Of a DNA stretch of 64,000 bases, positions 35,259-44,978 are shown one piece after another (the stretch's first letter is position 1; the number at the start of each line of letters is the position of its first letter). Source of the stretch: a virus; IMG/VR virus record IMGVR_UViG_3300017716_002841, positions 1-64,000 of that record; one strand, written 5' to 3'. Both the position numbers and the translations under genes were made by a program. Below the pieces are notes generated by a model. It was not told the DNA's origin and ran no database searches. It worked only from the letters and a program-made list of their open reading frames with translations.

Positions 35259-35999
35259 ATGAAGACATTAACAACAAACTACGCTTTTACCGCGTCTCCA
35301 ATAGGTAAGGTACAGCTTTTAAGCTATCCTACTATTACATTAGATCAAATACTTCTGGTAACTAATGTAACTAGTAATACTATTATCTATAATTTTGCTG
35401 ACCCAACTAAAGGAGGTTATTTAACTGGTAATATTTTAACATTAAGTGCTACTACAACTTCAATGTTGAGTTCTGATAGACTTCAGATATTTATTGATGA
35501 TCTAACAGTACCTGTATATGCAAGATATCAAGATTCTACATCTTATTCACCTGTTACATCAATATCAGCAGTTCCAGCATTAACTGGTACGAATGCCTTC
35601 CTTACTATAGATGCACAGACAGGCGGTGCTATGGCATTACAAGGAGATTTAGATAAAGATATTGATAGTGTTACAACTTTCGATATAGGTTATGGCTCTG
35701 TATCGAACTACTTAACAGGAGCTACATTAGGCACTGCTATAACTGGTGTTGGTACTCAAGTTCTTTCTGCTAATTCCAATAGAATTACTTTATTCGGTCA
35801 AAATCTCGGAACCTTACCACTATATGTCAAATACGGGTTAGGTTGTAATCAAAACTCGTTTAACTTTATGCTATACCCAGGATCACTAGCATATGACGGT
35901 AGAGGAGAGAAATTCTCTGATGATAGATACAAGGGAGATGTCTCCGTAAACACATTGTCTGGATTATCTGGGCAATACATCTTTTGGGAGGGAGTTTAA
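35259..35999 (+). CDS. virion structural/fibre-associated protein
   Basis: ILLVTNVTSNTIIYNFADP...MLSSDRLQIF motif. Confidence 0.7.
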   Translation: MKTLTTNYAFTASPIGKVQLLSYPTITLDQILLVTNVTSNTIIYNFADPTKGGYLTGNILTLSATTTSMLSSDRLQIFIDDLTVPVYARYQDSTSYSPVTSISAVPALTGTNAFLTIDAQTGGAMALQGDLDKDIDSVTTFDIGYGSVSNYLTGATLGTAITGVGTQVLSANSNRITLFGQNLGTLPLYVKYGLGCNQNSFNFMLYPGSLAYDGRGEKFSDDRYKGDVSVNTLSGLSGQYIFWEGV

Positions 36000-36001
36000 T
36001 T

Positions 36002-36469
36002 ATGCCTATTACGTTCTCAGGATCAAGTCAATTTTACGGACCATCTTTTGGTGTTTACGGTAGTACACCAACTACTTTTCCAGATGGTGTTTGGACTAAA
36101 ATAAACTTTAACACAGCATATTTTAATATTAATACTAATTTTTCAACAGCTAGTAGTAGATTCACACCAACAGTTCCGGGATATTATCAATTAAACAGTT
36201 CAGCGCAATTGTCTATTTCTGCAACTCCATCAGGTGGTTCGTCTATTTTCGCTCTATATCGTAACGGTGTTGAATTTCAAAGAGGATCAAGACTTCCTAA
36301 CAATACTGCTGGTATAGGTGTCACATTTACATCTATAGTTTCTGCTAACGGAACTACTGATTTTTTTGAAATGTATCTTATCCAAGGATCTGGTGATACG
36401 GTAATTACAGAATCCTCAACAGCAAATGTATGCCCTCAATTTAGTGGAGAATTCGTAAGAAGTCTATAA
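36002..36469 (+). CDS. C1q/TNF-like fibre tip domain protein
   Basis: WTKINFNT, SRFTPTVPGYYQ, NGTTDFFEMY, FSGEFV. Confidence 0.7.
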   Translation: MPITFSGSSQFYGPSFGVYGSTPTTFPDGVWTKINFNTAYFNINTNFSTASSRFTPTVPGYYQLNSSAQLSISATPSGGSSIFALYRNGVEFQRGSRLPNNTAGIGVTFTSIVSANGTTDFFEMYLIQGSGDTVITESSTANVCPQFSGEFVRSL

Positions 36470-37392
36470 TGAAATATTACGGAATACAAAACGAAGTAAA
36501 ATCCTATATAAATCGCTTACAAAGCGAACAAGGTATCGTTGTGTCTTCTTCTGCAATAAAAGCCATTAATGATAGAGTAGAAAGTCTAAAGAAGTCTGGT
36601 GATTGGTCTAGGTTTAGCTTAGGCTTTAATGATGTAGATGGTGATGCATATCTCAGTAGAGCAGGAGTCACAGATCCTTTAGGGAGATGTGAAGTGCTTT
36701 GGTTTACTAGAGGAATGAAGGCTCTAGATTTGTGGAATAATATGGTTTGTTGGCCTTTAAGAAACTATCAAAATGCTGGTACAGGCGCTACTGTTTTTAG
36801 TTTAGGGGGATTGGGCGTTTTTAACGGTACAGCTGTAAATAGCCCAACGTGGGGTATAAATGGATTTACATTTTCTAATCCAGGAGTTGGTACAAATACA
36901 CAAAGAATTAATTTACAAACTGTATTAGGAACATCAGACATTAATAGTTTTGCTTATGGAGCAGCATCAATAAATTCAACTTCTAACTTTAATCGTATTT
37001 TCGATATTCAGAATGGAGTAAATACTACGGAAAGAAATCCGTTTTTAACTTTAGGTTTTAATAATCAGCTTAACTTTCAATTACCAAATAAGCCATCTGG
37101 TATTTCTGTATCACTTTCTAAAGTTATTTCTATTGATACTTTTAATTCTGTAATAGGTAGTAAAGTTGGTAATTTAGTTAGAGTAAGTTTAAATGCTTCA
37201 TTAACAGATACAGCAACTACAACAGCAGCAGGATTTGTTGTACCAGCAGCAACATCACAATCAGCTATAATACATTTCAACGGAACAATAGCAATATCAT
37301 TACTAGGAAGATTCGACGCTAATACAACCCTCATTACTACGGTTAATAATCTCTATAAATCAACCCTCGGAAACGGCTTAGGCTTACCATAA
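36469..37392 (+). CDS. putative adhesin paralogue A (duplicated N-terminal module)
   Basis: LW..MVCWPLR..NAGTG..SLGG; C-terminal LYKSTLGNGLGLP. Confidence 0.7.
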   Translation: MKYYGIQNEVKSYINRLQSEQGIVVSSSAIKAINDRVESLKKSGDWSRFSLGFNDVDGDAYLSRAGVTDPLGRCEVLWFTRGMKALDLWNNMVCWPLRNYQNAGTGATVFSLGGLGVFNGTAVNSPTWGINGFTFSNPGVGTNTQRINLQTVLGTSDINSFAYGAASINSTSNFNRIFDIQNGVNTTERNPFLTLGFNNQLNFQLPNKPSGISVSLSKVISIDTFNSVIGSKVGNLVRVSLNASLTDTATTTAAGFVVPAATSQSAIIHFNGTIAISLLGRFDANTTLITTVNNLYKSTLGNGLGLP

Positions 37393-37393
37393 T

Positions 37394-38209
37394 ATGGCAA
37401 AAAGATATTACAATTTAGAAAAAGAAACAAAAGCTTATTTAAAGGCTTGTGATGATAGAGGTATTGTTCCTTTTGCTGGGATTGATACTATAAATAATTT
37501 CTGTTTGAAGCAAAAGACCTTCAATAGACACGCTGAGATATCTGATCCTAGATTACTAAGTAATGTGGCTGCATGGTTTGATGCTAGTGATTTTTCTACA
37601 TTAATAAAAACAGTTGCTACTAATACACTAGCGGGAGTTGGTGATACAGTAGAGCGCTGGATTGATAAATCAGGAAATAATAGATATGCAGAACAGGCAA
37701 CTTTAATTAAACAACCAACCTTAAATATAACAAGTGGTTATAATAATTTAAACTTTGATGGTATTGACGATGGCTTATATAGAATCATATCCCAATCATT
37801 GCCACTAACGGTTTTTGTAGTTTGTTTACAAAAAACAAGTACTACAAATGATCTTATATTTCATACAGGAACCGCTGGCTTTGTATTGCAGATTAGACAA
37901 AAAGGTGGTGGTGGTTTAGTTAACAATGGAGGTACAGCAGATTTAAATACCTCACTAAATATAATACAGTTATTAGGAGCAAGAACCACAACAAATCAAC
38001 AATCTATTCGATTTAATAGCGGCTCTGAAACTATATATTCTGGACCCACTCTTACAGCTACTACTATAACCATAGGTAATCAATCTAACGTGCAAGGATT
38101 TTGTGATGTTAGGATTTTTGAAATTTGTTTATTTTCTGAAGATATGAGCGAAACAAAACAAAGCATAGTTAAAAACTATTTAAATTGTAAATACAATATT
38201 TATCTATGA
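37394..38209 (+). CDS. putative adhesin B (shared N-module + LamG/ConA-like domain)
   Basis: YNLEKETKAYL; WFDASD, WIDKSGN, NFDG.DD, YLNCKY. Confidence 0.7.
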   Translation: MAKRYYNLEKETKAYLKACDDRGIVPFAGIDTINNFCLKQKTFNRHAEISDPRLLSNVAAWFDASDFSTLIKTVATNTLAGVGDTVERWIDKSGNNRYAEQATLIKQPTLNITSGYNNLNFDGIDDGLYRIISQSLPLTVFVVCLQKTSTTNDLIFHTGTAGFVLQIRQKGGGGLVNNGGTADLNTSLNIIQLLGARTTTNQQSIRFNSGSETIYSGPTLTATTITIGNQSNVQGFCDVRIFEICLFSEDMSETKQSIVKNYLNCKYNIYL

Positions 38210-39024
38210 TCAATTCAAAATCATACGGGCTTCAAACTGAGACAAGACAATATCTAAGAAGATTATATGCTTATGGTAGAGAATTAAATTTGTCTGATGT
38301 TTCGGATATTGATAATTTCATAGCAGGATTAAAGCAATTAAATTTGTGGAATCGTATAGTTTGCTACCCTCTTAGATCTATTCATAATATTGGAACTGGT
38401 AGCATAGTTTTAAGTTTAGGAGGATATAAGCATACGCAATCATTTGATGGTACTCTAATTAATAGTCCTGTATGGAATTTGAATGGTCTAATCTTTTCAA
38501 ATCCGACATCAAGCTCAAATATTCAAAGAATTGATATTAATACAGTAATACCGAGAACCAGAATAAATTCATTTGTCTTTGGATGTGGATCGATAAGCAC
38601 AACCACAAACTTCAATAGATATACAGATCTACAAGACGGTTCCGCAAATGGTTACAATCCGTTACTGCAACACGGAGTTACCAGATTAGATGGCTGCTCT
38701 TTTCTTATGCCAAATAAAACAATTTCTTCATCTCCTCAAGTTAGTATAACTACAGCAAGTATTGTTTTGAATGCATTTAATACGTTTTGCGGTAGTAAGC
38801 AAGGAAATACAATAAGAGCGACAATAAATGGATCTATAACTAATACAGCCAATGCTACTAGTGGGTTCTCACAACCGACAGCGAACAATGGAACTATATG
38901 TGCTTTTTATAATGGAACTATTTCTTTTACCGCTTTAGGTGATTTTGATTTGAGTTTAGCCCAAGTGCAAGAATTTAATAATTTATACAAAACAACAATT
39001 GGAAAAGGATTAGGATTACCATAA
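38206..39024 (+). CDS. putative adhesin paralogue C
   Basis: YGLQTETRQYL, GLKQLNLW, LYKTTIGKGLGLP. Confidence 0.7.
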   Translation: MINSKSYGLQTETRQYLRRLYAYGRELNLSDVSDIDNFIAGLKQLNLWNRIVCYPLRSIHNIGTGSIVLSLGGYKHTQSFDGTLINSPVWNLNGLIFSNPTSSSNIQRIDINTVIPRTRINSFVFGCGSISTTTNFNRYTDLQDGSANGYNPLLQHGVTRLDGCSFLMPNKTISSSPQVSITTASIVLNAFNTFCGSKQGNTIRATINGSITNTANATSGFSQPTANNGTICAFYNGTISFTALGDFDLSLAQVQEFNNLYKTTIGKGLGLP

Positions 39025-39025
39025 T

Positions 39026-39820
39026 ATGCCTACTACACGAAAATACACTTTCGACATAGATACTAAACGCTATCTTAATAGAGTTAATGCTTATAGACAA
39101 TTAAATGGTCTAGATAAGATAGCTAATGCTGATGCTGTAGATATTGATAATTTTATTATTGGATTAAAAGATTTAGGTGTATGGCACTCATCTACATTTT
39201 GGATAATGAATAGTAATTATAATGTGGGTGCTGGATCTATTATATTACCGATTGGTGGTTGGTTTAAATATGATGCTCCAATTACAAATAGTGCTACATG
39301 GAGTGTTTCTGGAATTTATCATGGTGGTACTGCTGGTGGTGTTACTATTAGAAATGTTCCTAGTATTAATAATTTTTCTATTTTTAGTTGTTGTAATGCT
39401 TTATTAAGTAATCCTAATCCCTTTTATATGTTCGCTGGACTTACTAAAAATTATAGACCAGTAGTTCAAAATTCTGGTCAAACAGGTTTTAATAGATTAC
39501 AAATATTTAACAGCGCTCTTGTTTCTATCGGGGTTAATGATAATTCAGCCACAAACTACCAGAGTGCCTTTAGAACATTTCAAGGTAATTTTTCACCATC
39601 ATCAATCATTAGATATGATAACTCATCTTTAAGAACAATAGCAAGAACAAATGATCCTGTAGATACCTGTGATTATATTATAGGTGGTAGTCAGTTTTCT
39701 AGCAACTTTGGAGCTACCATCTTCACACCTATATTTGGATTAGTAACAGGTTTTAACACACCCGTGTTATTTAATTTATATAAAGCTACAATAGGCAAAA
39801 ATTTAAATCTAGGAACATAA
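39026..39820 (+). CDS. putative adhesin paralogue D
   Basis: DIDTKRYL, GLKDLGVW, LYKATIGKNLNL. Confidence 0.7.
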   Translation: MPTTRKYTFDIDTKRYLNRVNAYRQLNGLDKIANADAVDIDNFIIGLKDLGVWHSSTFWIMNSNYNVGAGSIILPIGGWFKYDAPITNSATWSVSGIYHGGTAGGVTIRNVPSINNFSIFSCCNALLSNPNPFYMFAGLTKNYRPVVQNSGQTGFNRLQIFNSALVSIGVNDNSATNYQSAFRTFQGNFSPSSIIRYDNSSLRTIARTNDPVDTCDYIIGGSQFSSNFGATIFTPIFGLVTGFNTPVLFNLYKATIGKNLNLGT

Positions 39821-39821
39821 T

Positions 39822-40622
39822 ATGCCAAGAACAAGAACATTTGGATTAGATAAAGACACTATAGCATTTGCCGCTAGAGTAAAAGCTGGTAGCGGGAAAA
39901 CTATATTACCCGAAAACTTAAAACAAATTAATAAATTTGTAATAGGTATAAAGAAATTAGGATTATGGAATACTATGGTTTGCTGGCCAATGAGAGGCAT
40001 CCATAATGCTGGTACTGGATCTACTGTTTATAGCCTTGGAGGTTTAGGTATTCATAATGGAACACTAACCAACACTATAGAGTGGAGTAATCTTGGTTTA
40101 AAAACATTTAACACTATAGCTGGCAGCGTTGTCGGTACTTTTAGATCTGCTAACAGTTCGAATTTTCCCATAACATTGCTTGCTGTTAATATAAGAAATA
40201 GTAATAATTATACTATTGGTATTGATCCTCTTATACAGGTCGGAACATCAACTAATAGCCTCTCTTTATCAAGAAGAGGAAACAGTAATGCCGACAACTA
40301 CACTATAAGAAATAACTCAGGGCTAAATATATCCAGTCCCGCCATAACACCTTTTCAATGGTATACTATTTATTCCAGCATAAATTCCAATTTAGCTAAT
40401 TTGAGTATTAACAAAAGATTAGCTTCGTATCAGCAAAACATATCAGCACAAACGTTATTACCGACAAATACTTCTTTTATATTATCAGACAGTCCAGCTA
40501 GCGGCACTGGGGATTCAATACAGCAATTTGCTTCTATATTTTTGAATACTCCAACCAACGATGCCACATTACATGATCTATATAAATCAACCCTCGGAAA
40601 CGGACTAAGATTACCATATTGA
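39822..40622 (+). CDS. putative adhesin paralogue E
   Basis: GIKKLGLWNTMVCWPMR, LYKSTLGNGLRLP. Confidence 0.7.
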   Translation: MPRTRTFGLDKDTIAFAARVKAGSGKTILPENLKQINKFVIGIKKLGLWNTMVCWPMRGIHNAGTGSTVYSLGGLGIHNGTLTNTIEWSNLGLKTFNTIAGSVVGTFRSANSSNFPITLLAVNIRNSNNYTIGIDPLIQVGTSTNSLSLSRRGNSNADNYTIRNNSGLNISSPAITPFQWYTIYSSINSNLANLSINKRLASYQQNISAQTLLPTNTSFILSDSPASGTGDSIQQFASIFLNTPTNDATLHDLYKSTLGNGLRLPY

Positions 40623-40652
40623 AATACACAATTAATAAACTAAAATAAACAC

Positions 40653-41021
40653 ATGAACTTCTCAACAGAATTTAAAACATTTGCTTTCCCAGAAGCACTA
40701 GTAGAACAGCTCCCACTTCTCAATGAACAATTTGGAGAAGATGCAACTGATGGACTATTAACGGTAAAAACTATTGCTTGTGGCTGGGATGATAGTGAAC
40801 ATACAACTCTTAGAGCTTCAAGATTCCCAGAAACAGCTTCGCTTACAGATCTTACTGATGGAAGAAAAGCTTACACAGCCCTTTGGTCGTTAAAATTACT
40901 TGATGTTTTTAATCAGGGATTATTCCCAGATGTTCAAGAATTGACTACAGAAGAAATGCAAGCTTTATTGCCTGTATATGAAGAACCAGTTTTAGAATCA
41001 CCTATTGAAGAATTAATATAA
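40653..41021 (+). CDS. acidic protein, possible fibre chaperone
   Basis: Last gene of the fibre operon. Confidence 0.55.
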   Translation: MNFSTEFKTFAFPEALVEQLPLLNEQFGEDATDGLLTVKTIACGWDDSEHTTLRASRFPETASLTDLTDGRKAYTALWSLKLLDVFNQGLFPDVQELTTEEMQALLPVYEEPVLESPIEELI

Positions 41022-41026
41022 ATAAT

Positions 41027-41062
41027 AAAAAAGCCTAGTAACTTAATACTAGGCTTTTTTTA
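41027..41062. terminator. bidirectional terminator
   Basis: aaaaaagcctagta/tactaggctttttt between convergent genes. Confidence 0.85.
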
Positions 41063-41082
41063 TGTTTAAACTTTAGTAACGA

Positions 41083-41490
41083 TTAGCGATAACCTAGGAG
41101 CCATAGTCTTTTTATCTCTGGATACGAAGTATCAAATCCGTTTGCAGTAAGTACTTGTCGTGTAGTACCTGTTAAGCATGTAAAGATGGAAGAAGATTCA
41201 TCTGTATATATAACTGCAAAGGTTGCGTTGTTATACGCTCTATCTACTCTGAATGTAGTACCGTCATTAGCGGAGAGTGTAGCAAAACTACCTGTACCAG
41301 ATGCAGGAGAAGTAAGAGTATTAAATGCTAATCCTTGTACACGTAGAGTACTAAGAGTGCCTGTATTAGTACCTGTAGTAATTAACTCTACTGTTTTATA
41401 TTCACCAGCACTAGAGAGTGAATATGTAAGGTTTGAAGGTGTTTGTCCAAACGCTGAAAGAACTTGATTGTTAAAGCCTATAACTGCCAT
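41083..41490 (-). CDS. late virion protein
   Basis: TAAATA upstream of ATG 41490; T/S/G-rich. Confidence 0.6.
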   Translation of the reverse strand: MAVIGFNNQVLSAFGQTPSNLTYSLSSAGEYKTVELITTGTNTGTLSTLRVQGLAFNTLTSPASGTGSFATLSANDGTTFRVDRAYNNATFAVIYTDESSSIFTCLTGTTRQVLTANGFDTSYPEIKRLWLLGYR

Positions 41491-41565
41491 ATTAATATTT
41501 ATTCCTTTAGGTAGTATTTTTGTCAAATCAGCGACTACCTGCACGACTTTCTATAAAATGTATTT

Positions 41566-42504
41566 TTATCGTTGATACTTTAATAGTACTTCTTTTTTGG
41601 ATGAGGTTGACTTATTAAAATGCGACACGGCAGCTGATGTACCTAAAACAACCCTGCTCGTTAATTTAAAACTGCTATCCATATTATCGTTTACAGCTTG
41701 CTCGTATGTATCGTTAATAACTATGCCAACTCTTGTAACGGATGGTTTAATACTACTTACTAGCATTGCGTTTATAAACCTATTATAATCCTCAATATCC
41801 TTAAACAGTTTACCGTTATATCTCTCTACATTATAATATGGTGGGCATGTAAATACACAATCGTAGTCTTCTTGAGGTATAAATTTTGTACAATCATTAT
41901 TATATAGAGTACACTTATAATTAATAAACTTAGCAATATTATTGCTACCCATAAACGTCTTATCCCACATATCATTATAGATATAATCAATATCAGAAAG
42001 ATACGCACCTATTAGTCTGTGTCCCCAACCACCACACGGGTCATATATACACGATACACCTTCTTCTTGAGTATACTTCTTTAGCCATAGGGGTGAGAAG
42101 TGTGAATAACCGGTGTGTATACCTGATATCTTAAAGCCTCTTAAAATCTCACGGTCTGTTAGTGTGTCTTTATTTAGGTATTTTCTTCTATTCTCTTTCA
42201 GCTTCTGTTGTATGATCTTATCCTGCCACAATTCTCTTTCTACATCGAAAAAGTGTGGTTGAAACGTATGAACTAGACGATTCATTCCTATACTACACGT
42301 GTATTTTGCCTCACGTAACTTATATAACTCTAGCTCATGTCTGCATTGATCGTGTGTGTAAGCGTAAGTGAGATTTTTACTATCTCGCAACCACTTATAA
42401 ACAGTATTTAATGATACAATACCTTCAAATAACTCTGCACACTCTTCTACAGTATTTCTACTTGCATATTCAACTACAGCATCTCTGAGATCTTTACACT
42501 TCAT
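41566..42504 (-). CDS. amino-DNA methyltransferase with N-terminal HTH
   Basis: IYDPCGGWGHRL (motif I), VFTCPPYYNVERY (motif IV); start overlaps the HNH stop. Confidence 0.8.
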   Translation of the reverse strand: MKCKDLRDAVVEYASRNTVEECAELFEGIVSLNTVYKWLRDSKNLTYAYTHDQCRHELELYKLREAKYTCSIGMNRLVHTFQPHFFDVERELWQDKIIQQKLKENRRKYLNKDTLTDREILRGFKISGIHTGYSHFSPLWLKKYTQEEGVSCIYDPCGGWGHRLIGAYLSDIDYIYNDMWDKTFMGSNNIAKFINYKCTLYNNDCTKFIPQEDYDCVFTCPPYYNVERYNGKLFKDIEDYNRFINAMLVSSIKPSVTRVGIVINDTYEQAVNDNMDSSFKLTSRVVLGTSAAVSHFNKSTSSKKEVLLKYQR

Positions 42505-43261
42505 ATTTTGCTTGCTTAGATAAATTATCTCTCTCCCATAGAGGTTGATAATTTGTGTGGTGACAAAGCTCTTTAAACAGATCCATATTAGAAATATCCT
42601 TAAGCATTGCAAGTGGTTTAATGTGATCTAGATGCCAGCAATGATTACCTCTACCATGATTATCCCAGGTCATACCTTCGACGAATTGACTTTCTATATG
42701 AACTCTAAATTCTTCTATCGAACAACCAAGATACTTTATTGATGGGTGTGAGAGAGATACATCAGAATATTTTACAGCTTGTCGTACATGCTCACGTATA
42801 TTACATCTTAACTTATATAGAGGATCCTCGCTATACTTTTTTCGAAATACCCCATTTTTTTTATCCTCTAAATACCTACTCTTTGCCTTTTTTATATAAT
42901 GCGCCCTGTTATCGTGTCTGTGTTGTTTGACATTCTCATTAAGCTTTACTCGCGCCTCTGCAGTCAGTCCTTCATACCACTCCTTCCACTTCTTAGGCGT
43001 AATACCCTGCAACCTACGGTATTCTCTATATTCTTTATTTCTCTCCTGTACCTCTTTATCGAGCTTTGTTTTTTGATGTCTCTCTTTACCTTTTTCTGAT
43101 ATCTTCTGCTTTACCCTTGTTGACGCGAGCCAATACCGTACATTCTCAGGCCAAACATTAAATTTTTCTTTCACAGTCCATATTCCATGCTTTTGTGCGT
43201 AAGCAATAATTTCTTGCTTCTCAGTATCAGTATACTTCTTATTACGTCTAAACTCACTCAC
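42494..43261 (-). CDS. HNH endonuclease with N-terminal HTH
   Basis: LGCSIEEF..HIESQF..GMTWDNHG..WHLDHIKP...NYQPLW..DNLSK. Confidence 0.85.
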   Translation of the reverse strand: MSEFRRNKKYTDTEKQEIIAYAQKHGIWTVKEKFNVWPENVRYWLASTRVKQKISEKGKERHQKTKLDKEVQERNKEYREYRRLQGITPKKWKEWYEGLTAEARVKLNENVKQHRHDNRAHYIKKAKSRYLEDKKNGVFRKKYSEDPLYKLRCNIREHVRQAVKYSDVSLSHPSIKYLGCSIEEFRVHIESQFVEGMTWDNHGRGNHCWHLDHIKPLAMLKDISNMDLFKELCHHTNYQPLWERDNLSKQAKYEV

Positions 43262-43325
43262 TATAATATTATTTAATCAAACCGAATATATTATCAACCT
43301 AATAAAAATAATAATTATTTAAGTA

Positions 43326-43362
43326 CAAAAGTGAACCGCAGGCGCTTCGGCACCTACGGTTC
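43326..43362 (-). terminator. terminator of the major capsid gene
   Basis: Minus-strand stem gaaccgtaggtgc-cgaa-gcgcctgcggttc with G-U pairs, then acttttg. Confidence 0.7.
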
Positions 43363-43428
43363 TTAGTTTGTTGTGTTGATTCTTAGAATACCAGATCTTA
43401 ATAAGCTAACTCATTAAGACTCAATAGG

Positions 43429-44901
43429 TCAAAAATAGACCGACTGATTAGCTGGTGAGAACGCAGTACCAAGACCCTGAACAATAACAACGTGGTAATA
43501 AAGATTAGCACCGAAGATATTATCAACGACACCATAACGTGTAAGCAAGCCTACGCGTGGAGCGAAGTCATTCGGTCCGATTGTTCTTTGTACCATGATT
43601 GGAATGTATGGGCAGTAGATGATACCTGTATCATAGAATTCAGAACCCTTATACCCAAGAAGGGCATATTCGATACCAGCTGGAACTTGACCAGAATAGC
43701 CAAGGCTACCATAGGTACCAGTGTTTTGAACTTCTGTACGTGTATCACGATATACTGTGAATCTTCCACCAACAGAGCCTACCTTGCCGATGCCAACTGG
43801 TTGAGTTGAAACGTCGCCTTGAACAGGTACCCACTGGAATTCAGGGAGCATTTCAAGGATCGCACAAACTCTAGGAGTTGCAACGATGAAGTTAGCAGCA
43901 CCGCGTCTGTTACGGACAGCGATTCTGTTTGCTTCAATGATAAGCTTTTGATAGAAGTCTCTATTTCTCTCAACGAGCCAGCGGCCGTCAGCGGAAGCAG
44001 GGGACCAGAATGAATAGTTACCACCGGTGAGGGCGGACTGAATCATTCTCATGATCATTTCACGGTCGATTTCAGCTTGAATCTCATACGACATAGCGTT
44101 TGTGATTTCAGCATCGATATCGATACCATTCATGTTCTTAAGGTCTTGCTCAAGTTCAACGGACCAGCGAGCGCCAAGTCTACGAGTACCAGCTTCAACA
44201 GCTGTCTTCTCAAACTTGACTTCAACTTGTGGAATGTTACCCGTAATTTCAAATGCGGATAAGATCTGGGCAACGCCGCGATCTTGATCAGCAAAATCCC
44301 ATACACCTGACCTACCAACTAGTGAAGATGAACTTGCACCTGTGAAGCGGGTATCAAGGAATTGATAGCCTAATTCACCTGTTGGAGTGGAACTGGAGTT
44401 GTAACCAGCATAGGTACCGCCATTAGCGTTACCAGGATAGTTACCACCTGTACCTGTAGTAGCATTGCTACCATCGATACCGTTACCAAGGTTTTGGGAT
44501 TGATACGCATAACGGAGTGCGAATGCAAGTCCTACTGGACCTGACATAGGCTGCACACCTACAATGTCGTTGGAGATTAACTCAGGGAATGTACGACGGA
44601 TCATCGGGATAAGGATTTTCGGTAAGCGAGCATCCCCAGCAGCATAGCTGTCCTTCGAGTTTGGAGAGCTAGGAGTAAATCCTGCTTGCTGTCCACCACC
44701 GAAAACACCACTATTATTTGCTTCTTGAATACAGTATTGTTCTTGGTTCTCAAGAAGAATGGCTGTATTTAAGCGAGTTTGATCACTACCAATTGCCTTA
44801 ATCGAATCGGATGAATAGTCAAGAACTGGCGCCCACTTTTCAAGTAAGGTGTCTGCTCTATTTCTATCTACGAATGATTGTGTCGGATTAATGTTTCTCA
44901 T
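43429..44901 (-). CDS. gp23: T4-like major capsid protein
   Basis: LLEKWAPVL, ILLENQE, GVQPMSGPVGLAFALR, ELEQDLK, EIQAEIDRE, YCPYIP, TRYG. Confidence 0.97.
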   Translation of the reverse strand: MRNINPTQSFVDRNRADTLLEKWAPVLDYSSDSIKAIGSDQTRLNTAILLENQEQYCIQEANNSGVFGGGQQAGFTPSSPNSKDSYAAGDARLPKILIPMIRRTFPELISNDIVGVQPMSGPVGLAFALRYAYQSQNLGNGIDGSNATTGTGGNYPGNANGGTYAGYNSSSTPTGELGYQFLDTRFTGASSSSLVGRSGVWDFADQDRGVAQILSAFEITGNIPQVEVKFEKTAVEAGTRRLGARWSVELEQDLKNMNGIDIDAEITNAMSYEIQAEIDREMIMRMIQSALTGGNYSFWSPASADGRWLVERNRDFYQKLIIEANRIAVRNRRGAANFIVATPRVCAILEMLPEFQWVPVQGDVSTQPVGIGKVGSVGGRFTVYRDTRTEVQNTGTYGSLGYSGQVPAGIEYALLGYKGSEFYDTGIIYCPYIPIMVQRTIGPNDFAPRVGLLTRYGVVDNIFGANLYYHVVIVQGLGTAFSPANQSVYF

Positions 44902-44978
44902 ATTGTTTAATTTTCCTTTCAAAAATAACTCAGGTCAAGAGGACCTCATTGTTAAGGGTTAAAGATTCTTATATAATA

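Noticed and set aside
36469-40622. Adhesin array as an invertible shufflon
   Set aside because: All genes are co-oriented and full-length with their own starts; no inverted sites or invertase seen.
43326-43362. Hairpin after gp23 as tRNA or ncRNA
   Set aside because: Single stem-loop with a U-rich tail on the gp23 strand; no cloverleaf.
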